Of a stretch of DNA of 64,000 bases, positions 19,301-27,434 are shown one piece after another. Source of the stretch: a virus; IMG/VR virus record IMGVR_UViG_3300008050_000025, positions 1 to 64,000 of that record, one strand, 5' to 3'. The notes under the pieces are model-generated. The model searched no databases. It was not told the DNA's origin and worked only from the letters and a program-made list of their open reading frames with translations. The position numbers were made by a program, and so were the translations under genes. Numbering within the stretch: position 1 is the first letter of the stretch; each line of letters starts with the position of its first letter.

Positions 19301-19764
19301 ACCCAGGCCCAGAAAACTATAAAGCCTGGGGATTTAAGGATTGGATTGCTACCATGCCGCTAGAGGACTCTTCCTCAGATGCCACTGTACCTAGAAACGA
19401 TGCTTTCACGGGAGGAAAGGCTTGGTCAAACTTACGTGGAATGCCAAGAAACATCTTAGCCCGTGGGGATATGGAAACCTCGTCGGTATCAGTTACAGCC
19501 GTGGATACTGATTTCACAGTTATCGGAGCACCAGGAGAGGGTTTCAGGATTGTAGTATTTGCAGCCGTTCAGGACGGAGCAGATATGGCAGGTAAGCTTT
19601 ACAAGGTCTCATCTTCCGGTGAGGTCGTTGGGCCAATCTTTAACTCTACGTTAGGAGGGATGCCTATTTTCCTAGGGGATAACGAAGCTCTCATCTATCG
19701 TGCTACGGATTTCACGTCTTCTAGAACCATCGGAGTTTACTTCTCTACTGAGCACATAAGGTAG
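16315..19764 (+). CDS. large putative virion protein with beta-rich/Ig-like domains and a GH-A-like TIM barrel
   Basis: FRAMDF..TN, DLWYNLPH, EYTNEAWN, CYEGGQH motifs; CTATATA late-type promoter at 16300-16306; start MTAPIR. Confidence 0.75.
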   Translation: MTAPIRTTTIRIKPGEFTGTDYIVSLEQDLVEDYYVEILHNATQGNVTALNNVNHARVTMDPFGNYGASSKSAEIQISREASNSNTEHTIIIHECTDNTHNSGFITRGVFSLSAADQVPTVSATHSGVVDSDQCQAVLAGITYADATNWKQNSGYARLNHDSVNVALERVVQYDHGVIDASVYLIEWGSNVSVQLVEFDATFGATSTLSATEDWSNVSISSVTAAETYLQGTFTMNSTSNNGITSENIAYVLGDGVTFNDTETEISVGLMNGSPATKGWIYVISSPDWYVTRTKSGYDEIIQEDTESATFSIAGAAGTETYEDNIEEERVYSSRCLRYTTSVNSNKVGYTRDAVIITADTTASYHRRTVPSGGGQAEGAAFISVTDYAGNPVGDINDISASNSTASISVSAGIVVDVENTDVVVSVRDSDSRLVASATVTISIGGIEVATGISNDQGEVTLTVANSTSGTQSLSIAMGPSEVVMSPAPEIVFATAPLNYGKRVGMNGAVVTDWSNQDPFIDLMLGGRGPNIRDTNDSGFHDDALIDIDASGWQKTCVSGHELNYVIVSTKTSRPAGNYVLTYNGGVAGWTSSELRMTGNVTETSKSAGEIAFYYEGSGNMFLTFAPGATSGNMNSTNYMKDIQVLHEDDVATYDRSVQMWRPEFLASLEDIEIFRAMDFTVTNHSQITDWADRVVEGASNCMIRVERAAYPGVYTFKGMALEWVADLCNKTNMDLWYNLPHMATNDYVTQAATLIKANLNSNLRCFFEYTNEAWNSQFEQQAYRETTLIPYYGLTATGNAWNQAYATRACEMFSLIDDVYGADLHLRERVLAGQGGNPNMAADLTESDVSIAVSPTLTGIAADHADYYAFGAYMGDSVDESSAAAAFDAMVADSEDKMTLVTGEIALNVAGLAGEGKLLPICYEGGQHLVEGSNLTAALISDTNRLPGMREAMYNHIVGWDANTASGPFCAYNHTLASGTGGQWGFAWDLEAWVEDPGPENYKAWGFKDWIATMPLEDSSSDATVPRNDAFTGGKAWSNLRGMPRNILARGDMETSSVSVTAVDTDFTVIGAPGEGFRIVVFAAVQDGADMAGKLYKVSSSGEVVGPIFNSTLGGMPIFLGDNEALIYRATDFTSSRTIGVYFSTEHIR

Positions 19765-19778
19765 GGCTATATACCAGT
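19762..19778 (+). promoter_or_regulatory. late-type promoter (17-bp exact copy at 24825-24841)
   Basis: TAGGGCTATATACCAGT immediately before ATG. Confidence 0.65.
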
Positions 19779-20192
19779 ATGACTAGGAACGACGCATTTT
19801 CGCAAAAGCCTATTGGCGCACCTTATAAGAACTCTCCTGAGATGCAAAAAGCATGGGCAGAGGTTAGCGTTATTTCTGTTGAAGTATCGACGGCAGGAGC
19901 CATTGACATTATCGCTGCACCAGGAGAAGGGAAAGAGATTAATGTTTGGGCTTATGGCGCAGACAACAGCCACACAGGAACATATCTTGCGGGTGGCTTC
20001 TTTAAAGGCACTGTAGGCGGGGCTGTCCAGGCAGGATATATTTCCACTGGGGAAGATAGCAATACTTACTTACCTTTCGAACTTCCCATATTAATTGGAG
20101 AGAACACCAAACTTTCATTTGGTGCTCTTCAATCTTCGGGTGTCTCAAGTAAGTCCTACATCACGGTTTATTACACCGTTGTAACTTACTAA
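19779..20192 (+). CDS. putative virion decoration protein, paralogous to the C-terminal domain of the upstream gene
   Basis: RNDAF...IAAPGEG shared with upstream RNDAF...IGAPGEG. Confidence 0.7.
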   Translation: MTRNDAFSQKPIGAPYKNSPEMQKAWAEVSVISVEVSTAGAIDIIAAPGEGKEINVWAYGADNSHTGTYLAGGFFKGTVGGAVQAGYISTGEDSNTYLPFELPILIGENTKLSFGALQSSGVSSKSYITVYYTVVTY

Positions 20193-20277
20193 AACAGTTC
20201 AGGCATAGCTTCCTTAATCCTCATATTTGTAAAGGATTGAAGTCGCTTAAAATCAATAGCTGGGTTTTTGTGTTCTT

Positions 20278-20436
20278 TCACGAATTCCCAGCTTTCTTCT
20301 CTCTCAGATATTGTTTCAATTCTTTGATAGCTTCCACAACTTTAGGGTCGGGCATAAAACCTTCCTTGTTGTTTTTCGGAAGCCTATCATCTAGTTCTCT
20401 AAGTACAATTCTAATTTGCTTTTTCATAGTCGTCAT
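20278..20436 (-). CDS. small hypothetical protein (MTTMKKQIRIVL...; 52 aa)
   Basis: Read manually; GGGGAGAGG SD. Confidence 0.5.
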   Translation of the reverse strand: MTTMKKQIRIVLRELDDRLPKNNKEGFMPDPKVVEAIKELKQYLREKKAGNS

Positions 20437-20461
20437 ACAGCCTCTCCCCACTGCTCACTAT

Positions 20462-21475
20462 TTAACCTACTACACGGGCCAAGAAATCTCTCTCAATTTC
20501 GGCCACTTGCTGAATGATTGCAGGAGTGTTACGCAAACCATGTGCGCCTCCTGGGATAATTTCAAACTGCACATTGGCTCCGAACAAACGAAGACGACGT
20601 ACAAGCTTTCGTACACCTTCTAGAGGTGCTGTCGTATCTGCGTCACCATGGATTACAAGATACTCAGTCTGCGTTGGCATTAGGTCAGTAAACCTAGTTG
20701 CAGTTCGCATATGCAATCGGTTCTGGTCATCAATGCCAAGGTTTTCGAATACAGTCTCATCTGGTGCTTCGAAGTCTGGGATAGCGTAACGTCCTTGTTG
20801 GACAATACCCCAATCATCTAGGTCAACCAAGGCCGACTTAAAGATTGCCGCGTCGGGAGCTTTACCTTTCTTGGCAAGCACTAGAGCCATTTCCATTCCG
20901 CCACGACTCGTACCAATGTAGACTGTTTTGGTTGGGTGTGCGCTTGGGAACTCATGCCGTAGCTCTTCCGCTGCAACGTAATCCTCAAGGTCTGCTACAC
21001 CAAACTCATCTACACCATCACTAAGGCCTCCGCCTGTCCAGGTTTCACCAGGAACCAAAGAGCCTCTCCCTCTACCTTGCGGAGTGATTTGAATATATCC
21101 GTTATTCCAAAGCACTCTGCTAGAATGTCCGTATCCAATATCACCTGTTGGGGGAAGTCCTGTACTGCCTACAAGGTTTCCTTGCACATGCGCATCATTG
21201 AGTTTGGCATCCGCTCCAGACTTACCACCACTATAAAACACGATGACTGGTAATGTGTTTGGTGCTGCGTAAGCTTGCGGGTAAAATGCTAATCCACGTT
21301 GATTTAATCCATCAACTGTGAATCCGAAATCTTTCCCTACTGCTCCTTGAGCGATAACTCCCGCAGGAGGATTATAGTCGTTAATGGTAAAAGTCTGCAC
21401 ACTATAATTAGTGGGACTTGATGAAAGGCAAGCGGTTAAAAATAAAAGATTATTGGTAGGGATACCAAGACTCAA
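20462..21475 (-). CDS. alpha/beta hydrolase (S9 peptidase/esterase-like)
   Basis: GTSRGG nucleophile elbow, IHGDAD, GGAHG; possible LTAC lipobox; start uncertain. Confidence 0.85.
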   Translation of the reverse strand: MSLGIPTNNLLFLTACLSSSPTNYSVQTFTINDYNPPAGVIAQGAVGKDFGFTVDGLNQRGLAFYPQAYAAPNTLPVIVFYSGGKSGADAKLNDAHVQGNLVGSTGLPPTGDIGYGHSSRVLWNNGYIQITPQGRGRGSLVPGETWTGGGLSDGVDEFGVADLEDYVAAEELRHEFPSAHPTKTVYIGTSRGGMEMALVLAKKGKAPDAAIFKSALVDLDDWGIVQQGRYAIPDFEAPDETVFENLGIDDQNRLHMRTATRFTDLMPTQTEYLVIHGDADTTAPLEGVRKLVRRLRLFGANVQFEIIPGGAHGLRNTPAIIQQVAEIERDFLARVVG

Positions 21476-21535
21476 ACTCGGAACTTTTTCTTAGGAGGAA
21501 AAAATGATATTCAGTTTCACCATATCCCCATAGAT

Positions 21536-21612
21536 TGGCACGGGCGGCAGGATTCGAACCCGCATTTATTCTCATTAGAAGTGAGACACATGTCCTGTTA
21601 TGTTACACCCGC
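21536..21612 (-). tRNA. tRNA-Arg(UCU)
   Basis: GCGGGTG/CGCCCGT acceptor, TCTCA-CTTCTAA-TGAGA, GTTCGAATC, CCA. Confidence 0.9.
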
Positions 21613-21625
21613 ATTTAATTTGTTT

Positions 21626-21701
21626 TGGAACCACAGGTGAGAATCGAACTCACGAAATACTAGATTGGAAATCTAGTGCCATACCATTAGGCTACTGTGG
21701 C
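21626..21701 (-). tRNA. tRNA-Gly(UCC)
   Basis: GCCACAG/CTGTGGT acceptor, CTAGA-TTTCCAA-TCTAG, GTTCGATTC, CCA. Confidence 0.92.
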
Positions 21702-21771
21702 TTTGGTTTCTCAACTTCTCCGCGAAGGTCGTAGTAGGCAGAGCCACACACGACTTGTTCTTGTTGGCCCC

Positions 21772-21799
21772 ATTGTAGGGGCGCGTTCTTGTTTGTCAA
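21772..21799 (-). promoter_or_regulatory. sigma70-type promoter for tRNA-Gly/Arg
   Basis: TTGACA-N16-TACAAT. Confidence 0.75.
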
Positions 21800-21804
21800 G
21801 GAAC

Positions 21805-22038
21805 TTATGAGATAAACCCAAAGTTTGTAACAGGAAGTTCTTTCTTCTTAAATCTAACCCCATAGGCATCTTTGCCATCGAAGTAATTTCTACTCATTAG
21901 GACGAGAGGCACACTTCCCCAAAGGCCTCCCGTCCCGTTACCGCGTTGCCGCCATTCAATACACTCAGAATACGTTCCAGTATGGATAACCTTAGCAAAT
22001 GGCGAATTCCGCCCAAACTTAATAGTCTCCCATTCCAT
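21805..22038 (-). CDS. hypothetical protein (MEWETIKF...)
   Basis: Downstream part of the track ORF; the upstream part overlaps tRNA-Pro. Confidence 0.55.
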   Translation of the reverse strand: MEWETIKFGRNSPFAKVIHTGTYSECIEWRQRGNGTGGLWGSVPLVLMSRNYFDGKDAYGVRFKKKELPVTNFGFIS

Positions 22039-22069
22039 ATCGACACCTGCCCTGAAAGCATTTGTGAAG

Positions 22070-22142
22070 TCAGCTGGGCTGGATTTGAACCAGCGTCGCT
22101 CCCTTCCAAGGGGAGAAGATTGCCAAACTTTCCCACCCACTG
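22070..22142 (-). tRNA. tRNA-Pro(UGG)
   Basis: CTCCC-CTTGGAA-GGGAG anticodon arm, GCTGG-TTCAAAT-CCAGC T arm; one acceptor mismatch; no encoded CCA. Confidence 0.82.
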
Positions 22143-22157
22143 ATTTCCGGTCTTTAT

Positions 22158-22185
22158 ATAATAGGGTCGCCGCCAACAAAGTCAA
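22158..22185 (-). promoter_or_regulatory. sigma70-type promoter for tRNA-Pro
   Basis: TTGACT-N16-TATTAT. Confidence 0.7.
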
Positions 22186-22229
22186 CGTTTATTTTGCATA
22201 AAACCTAAGATTCTTGCAAATTATAGTGG

Positions 22230-24734
22230 TCAAGAATTATCATACACAACCACATGCACATGTTCCGGGTTGTCAGTTAATGCCCCAGAACTGCCGTTCC
22301 TAATTCTAAAGGTCAAGCTGCTAGAAGTCTGCGTTCCCACCACAAGAACATATATCCCAGCAGCGGAGTCATGATATCCGAGAGTTACATTATAATCAGT
22401 AACCCCTATTGCGTTTGTAAAGTTAATAGTATAAATCCCTGTTGACACCTGTACAACACTAGACACATTAAAGTTGCCTGCTGACTCTGTTGGTGTTGCC
22501 CCTGGAACAAATGTGCAGATTGCCTTAGGCAACCTTTTCATCAGTTCCCCAATACTAGATGCGGTTAGCGCCCTAGTGCCATCCGTAAGCCCTTCGGCCT
22601 CCGAAGCTGTTGCAAGTTCTACTACCCCTGCCGTCGCTTCCGTAGCTGCAACTTCGTCGCCAGTGTTCGTCCCACTTTGATTGTTTAGGTTCGTGTGGTC
22701 AGCATCGGTAAACACATTGCTATCGGTGGCTGCCTCTACTGCTGTCCTGATTTCTGCATCAGTTTGGTCAGCAGTTGCCCCGTTCTCAACATTAATAAGG
22801 GAGCGCACCTCAGTAGCGGTCAAATCTTTAGGTACACCTGCTGCGGCATCGTTACCTTTAATGGTATCTTGGGCCATGTCAGCAAGCTTAGCATTTGTAA
22901 CATTTTCATCAAGAATATGTACCGTTAAAACTTTATCGTTGCCAATGGTTAGTGCTGTGTCTCCGGTAACATCCCCTGTATGTGTAGCGTTTGTAACCTT
23001 AGCTGTGTTTGAAGCAACCGCCGCTGCCTCAGTGTAGCTGATTTTGGCATTATTGGTAGCAATATCCGACTCCATCGTATCCAAGTCTACAGCTTGGGTA
23101 ACAGTGATGAAGTTTACTTTTGTTGAGTCAGTCCCAGGGTACGAAATCTTTGCGTTGTTGGTGGCAACGTCTGACTCCATTGTATCCAAGTCTACCGCTT
23201 GGGTTACGGTAAGGTAACCAACCTTCGTTAGCTGTGCAGAGGTAGCAAACTTGTGCGACGTAGATGTATCGTCAATGTCATCTGCGTCCAATACAACTGC
23301 GCCCGTCTGGGAGTTAACTGAGCTTACTGCGTATGCTGTTAAGTATCCTTCATCATTTGTAAGAACAGAGATATTGTCCCCTGACACAACGTTGTCGATA
23401 TCATCGGTGAAATCAGACAACGCAGTCTTGGCTGAGTTTGTCGCTATATCACTTTCCATCGTATCCAAGTCAACAGCCTGAGATACGGTAATATAGTTTA
23501 CCTTGTTAAGAAGAGATTGGTTTACAAACTTATGAGATGTCGAGGAATCGTCGATATCGTCTGCATCTAAAACAACTACACCTGTTTTGGAATTAACTGA
23601 GCTTACTAGACTCGCTGTTAAGAATCCCATATCATTAGAAAAGTCGGACAGTGCTGTTGGTTTATTTTGAATATAATCATCAAAGCCACTGTCAACTTGG
23701 TCCCAATCTGCCTGGACGTTTACTTCTGCCGAAGCAGCTATATCATCAAGCTTGTCTAACTGTGCTTGTGTTGCATACTTATTGGTAGAACCAGAGTCAT
23801 CAATATCGTCTGAGGTAACGGTAATGTCCCCGTCTACTCCCGTAATTTCGTTTACGGAAGAGATTCCTCCAGAGGAAATAACCTGTGAATCTACGTATGC
23901 CTTTACGCTTTGCTGTGTAGGTACGTGTACATCAGAATCAGATGTCATGGCATCCTCATCCTTAATCCACTTAAATCCGGAAGTGCCTAAAGTTCCAGAG
24001 GTAACTCCTCCAACAGATTGCAAGTTTGCCTCTGTCACGTATAGGTTGGAAGAACCCTCCGAAATGTCGTCGGTATCTATTGTTATGTCCCCGTCTACTC
24101 CCGTAATTTCGTTTACGGAAGAGATTCCTCCAGAGGAAATAACCTGTGAATCTACATATGCCTTTACGCTTTGCTGTGTTGGAACTTGAGTAGCCGAGTC
24201 AGAGGACATCGTATCCTCATCTAGGACCCAAGCGTGGGACGCAACAGAGGCAGTGCTAGTTGTAGCAGCGCCCACGGCTTTCATAGTAGGCTCCGTTACA
24301 TATAGATTAGAAGAACCTTCCGAAATATCGTCAGTGTCCAAAGTAATGTCCCCATCTACTGCGGGAACAGAGTTTACAGAAGACACACCAGCGGCCACGA
24401 CAACTTGAGAGTCTACATATGCTTTAACACTTCCCTGAGTAGGGACTTGAGTATCGGAGCTTGTCCCTAGGTCTTCCTCATGCAGCACCCACTCATAATT
24501 AGAAACATTTGGAGTGCTACCCAAAACGCCTCCAACATCTTGTACGTTTCCGGAAGTAACATACTTGTTAACAACGCCCTCGTCAACATCATCAGAAGAA
24601 TAGATAATCTCGTCAAGAGAACTGCCATCAAATAGAATCTTTACGACCGCATCAGGAACTACTGGTACGGTAGGTTCTTCTGGCTCAGGGCATTCGTAAT
24701 CCCCAACTCCTGCTATTTTAATCAGGTCTGACAT
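22230..24734 (-). CDS. tail fibre / repetitive virion protein
   Basis: Repeats VPTQQSVKAYVD, VSSVNxxxGxV, VTQAVDLDTMESD; ATEATAGVVELAT fibre repeat; CTATATA at 24741-24747. Confidence 0.8.
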   Translation of the reverse strand: MSDLIKIAGVGDYECPEPEEPTVPVVPDAVVKILFDGSSLDEIIYSSDDVDEGVVNKYVTSGNVQDVGGVLGSTPNVSNYEWVLHEEDLGTSSDTQVPTQGSVKAYVDSQVVVAAGVSSVNSVPAVDGDITLDTDDISEGSSNLYVTEPTMKAVGAATTSTASVASHAWVLDEDTMSSDSATQVPTQQSVKAYVDSQVISSGGISSVNEITGVDGDITIDTDDISEGSSNLYVTEANLQSVGGVTSGTLGTSGFKWIKDEDAMTSDSDVHVPTQQSVKAYVDSQVISSGGISSVNEITGVDGDITVTSDDIDDSGSTNKYATQAQLDKLDDIAASAEVNVQADWDQVDSGFDDYIQNKPTALSDFSNDMGFLTASLVSSVNSKTGVVVLDADDIDDSSTSHKFVNQSLLNKVNYITVSQAVDLDTMESDIATNSAKTALSDFTDDIDNVVSGDNISVLTNDEGYLTAYAVSSVNSQTGAVVLDADDIDDTSTSHKFATSAQLTKVGYLTVTQAVDLDTMESDVATNNAKISYPGTDSTKVNFITVTQAVDLDTMESDIATNNAKISYTEAAAVASNTAKVTNATHTGDVTGDTALTIGNDKVLTVHILDENVTNAKLADMAQDTIKGNDAAAGVPKDLTATEVRSLINVENGATADQTDAEIRTAVEAATDSNVFTDADHTNLNNQSGTNTGDEVAATEATAGVVELATASEAEGLTDGTRALTASSIGELMKRLPKAICTFVPGATPTESAGNFNVSSVVQVSTGIYTINFTNAIGVTDYNVTLGYHDSAAGIYVLVVGTQTSSSLTFRIRNGSSGALTDNPEHVHVVVYDNS
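23824..24179. repeat. 95-bp near-identical direct repeat (23824-23918 / 24085-24179)
   Basis: One mismatch; 261-bp (87 aa) period. Confidence 0.85.
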
Positions 24735-24855
24735 CCCAATTATATAGTCTTAAATATGGTCTGTCGCCTCCTAGCTCCCAGAATTAAAAACTCCTACGTG
24801 TGCGGCGACCCTCCAGACGACACATAGGGCTATATACCAGTGACTATTATTTAAT

Positions 24856-25458
24856 ATGGATACGCATCTTAAATTCTCAGAACAAACTTCGGAGCAACTG
24901 TGGGATAACGCCATGTGGGGGCTTGCGCTATGTAACGCAGACGGAGGGTTTATTAAAGTAAATCCTACCCTGTGTAATCTGTTGGAATATACGGAGTCAG
25001 AACTACTAGCCAGAACCTTCCAAGATATCACACACCCTGACGACTTATATGATGATGTTCATATGTCTGAGGAAGTGCATAGAGGACATGTTCCATATTA
25101 CATTATGACCAAGCGGTACATCACAAAAACCGATGGTGTCCTATGGGCCAAACTAAGAGTTGACAGAGTTCAACAAGAAGATGGCTCTTTTTGCCACTTC
25201 CTGAGTCAGATTAGTCCAGCAGTAAAGCTTAGCAAACAGCAGGTACTAGAGGCACAACTTAATGGAGTTGTAAGTAAAAAGAAAAAGGACACAGGCGTTA
25301 AAGCTTATGTCCTTCGTAATTTGAAATGGATTATCCCTCTTGTACTTACCGGAGTAGGTTCAACTTATAAAGTATACCATGAGTTCCAGTCAATGAAAGA
25401 AGCTATTGCTCAGCAGATTTCGCAGGAAGAGCCTCAAGAGAAAGCTTCCCGTCCGTAA
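24856..25458 (+). CDS. PAS (S-box) domain protein with C-terminal transmembrane helix
   Basis: G..IKVNPTLCNLLEYTESELL..FQDITHPDD..KRYITKTDGVLW PAS/PAC signature; WIIPLVLTGVG helix. Confidence 0.85.
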   Translation: MDTHLKFSEQTSEQLWDNAMWGLALCNADGGFIKVNPTLCNLLEYTESELLARTFQDITHPDDLYDDVHMSEEVHRGHVPYYIMTKRYITKTDGVLWAKLRVDRVQQEDGSFCHFLSQISPAVKLSKQQVLEAQLNGVVSKKKKDTGVKAYVLRNLKWIIPLVLTGVGSTYKVYHEFQSMKEAIAQQISQEEPQEKASRP

Positions 25459-26680
25459 TAATAGGGGTGTACCTCTCTCCCGCCCCATTATCAAGAATCA
25501 TGTCTGCTACCTTCGTGGCTACGTCGTTCTTGATAAAGCGTTTGATGTTTCTGGCTCCATACTCTTCTGAGAAGGAATTATCAACCACGTAGTCAATGAA
25601 TTTCTTGGTGAGCTTTAGGGGAAGATGCCCCATGTGTAGCCTAGCAATCTTTGACGCATCCTTTTTAGACAACGTGTTAAAGTACACTACTTGGTCAATC
25701 CTGTTGATGAACTCAGGCTTAAACTTAGCCTTGAAAGCTTCTTCAATCCCTGCCATAGAGTCTGCATAAGACCTTACGCTTTTACCAAAGCCAATCTCCT
25801 TCTTGCCCATGTTATCCTGGAGACCAATGTTGCTGGTGAACAGGAACAGAGAGTTGCTGAAATCCAACAGTTGGCCTTGGGAATCCATAATGGTTCCATC
25901 GTCTAAGAGAGACAGTAAAAGGTCGAACAACTTGTCAGATGCCTTCTCAATCTCATCGAACAGGAAGACCCACTGACTTGTGGTTGCTGCTTTCTCGGTT
26001 AGCAATCCTGACTTATCATGTCCTACGTATCCTGGAGGGCTTCCGATTAGCTTGGAATACTCATGCTTTGCTGAGTACTCTCCACAGTTAATCTTAATTA
26101 GCTTGTCTCTCCCTAGGAAGGAGTCTGATAGAGTCTTAGCTAGCTCGGTCTTACCCACTCCTGTAGGCCCGATAAAGAAAAGGGTGGCAGAACTTTCAAT
26201 GCCAGCGCCGAGAAGTTTAAGAGGGCTGATAACAGCTTCGATAGCTTCCTCTTGGCCAATGACTTTCCTCGATAGGTCCTTCCTTAGCCTGTTAATCCCT
26301 GCTAAAGTTGTACACCCTTTCTTCTCTTCGTCTAATGAGTCTTCCCGAATCTCCAGGTCACTAAGGTCATTAGCTAAGGAGCTAATGTTGGACATGTCGA
26401 ATACAGGATAGACTTTTAAGATAGATGCGAACAGACATTCAGGGCCAAGCATGTCGCTAACCTTCCCCTCTTTCTGCATCTTTGCAATCGCAGCAAACGT
26501 TTCCTTTGAAACCAGTCTGTCTACTACGAGGTCAACGTAGTCTGTTATTTCTAATTGGCACTTCTTGAATTTTAGTGTAACCTCTTCTACAAATTCAGCA
26601 ATCTCAGCAGAGGCTAGGTGTCGGAGGGTAATAAAGGCTCCGATTTCGGGAACATAGGTAGTATACTTATTGTTTTTCAT
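25403..26680 (-). CDS. ClpA/ClpB-like AAA+ ATPase (NBD2 only)
   Basis: VIGQEEA, GPTGVGKTELAK, LIGSPPGYVG, FDEIEKA, FKPEFINRID, YGARNI. Confidence 0.9.
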   Translation of the reverse strand: MKNNKYTTYVPEIGAFITLRHLASAEIAEFVEEVTLKFKKCQLEITDYVDLVVDRLVSKETFAAIAKMQKEGKVSDMLGPECLFASILKVYPVFDMSNISSLANDLSDLEIREDSLDEEKKGCTTLAGINRLRKDLSRKVIGQEEAIEAVISPLKLLGAGIESSATLFFIGPTGVGKTELAKTLSDSFLGRDKLIKINCGEYSAKHEYSKLIGSPPGYVGHDKSGLLTEKAATTSQWVFLFDEIEKASDKLFDLLLSLLDDGTIMDSQGQLLDFSNSLFLFTSNIGLQDNMGKKEIGFGKSVRSYADSMAGIEEAFKAKFKPEFINRIDQVVYFNTLSKKDASKIARLHMGHLPLKLTKKFIDYVVDNSFSEEYGARNIKRFIKNDVATKVADMILDNGAGERYTPIITDGKLSLEALPAKSAEQ

Positions 26681-27014
26681 TTTCACGCCGCCTTTTGGCA
26701 GCATCTTTCAAGTCGGCAAAGGACGTTGGAGCCTCTTTGTCATCCTCAACAGCAGGAGCAGTCGTAGACTTTTGCATGATAAGCATTGCCTTTAACGTCC
26801 TGTCGGTCGCTGTTTGGCACAACTTGAGAGCATCAATCATGTACTTGGCGTAGTCAGAGGCAAGCAATCCACCGTTATCGTGGAACTCCTTGAACACGTC
26901 ATACGCAGCCAAGGCAGCTTTCCTATCATCGGTCGCTGTCTTAACTACATCTTTTACAAGCTTATCCAGCCTTGCTGCTGACATGTAGGTGTTTTTCGGT
27001 CTGTAATTAGCCAT
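26667..27014 (-). CDS. hypothetical protein
   Basis: 115 aa, in operon with the Clp ATPase. Confidence 0.75.
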   Translation of the reverse strand: MANYRPKNTYMSAARLDKLVKDVVKTATDDRKAALAAYDVFKEFHDNGGLLASDYAKYMIDALKLCQTATDRTLKAMLIMQKSTTAPAVEDDKEAPTSFADLKDAAKRRRENEKQ

Positions 27015-27015
27015 A

Positions 27016-27402
27016 CTACTTTTTCTGTACGAAGTTCTTTACTGTATCCTTCTTGTCTTTAGTTGCAAACCCGTGCTCGGATTTAGACTTCTCCTTCTTA
27101 CCTTTCTCCTTAGACAGATTCTGTGAACCATGCTTAACTTGTGTTCGCTTAGCATAGCCTTGAATCTCTGACATAGGAGTATCAGAAGGGAATCCCTTGG
27201 CAACCTTATCCCCTGACTTGGCTCCCCAAGTACCTTTAGTGGATACGTAAATTCTGTCTGAGCCAGGAGTGGTAAAAACTCCACCATACCCCAGTTTCGA
27301 AAGCCCGTCCCTTAAAGTAGGGAACAAAGGCAGTTTCGCCCTTTTTGGGTCTACCTTCGTGGTAGCATCAAAAGGGGTTGACTCGCAGATTAGACGCTTC
27401 AT
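27016..27402 (-). CDS. basic hypothetical late protein
   Basis: CTACATA late-type motif at 27418-27424. Confidence 0.75.
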   Translation of the reverse strand: MKRLICESTPFDATTKVDPKRAKLPLFPTLRDGLSKLGYGGVFTTPGSDRIYVSTKGTWGAKSGDKVAKGFPSDTPMSEIQGYAKRTQVKHGSQNLSKEKGKKEKSKSEHGFATKDKKDTVKNFVQKK

Positions 27403-27434
27403 AATACTTCTCAGTAGTATGTAGGTTTACCGCG

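Noticed and set aside
21704-21804. 6S RNA-like long stem
   Set aside because: Terminal pairing is weak and the 5' half is better explained as a promoter
22039-22185. 5' part of track ORF 21805..22185
   Set aside because: Occupied by tRNA-Pro and its promoter
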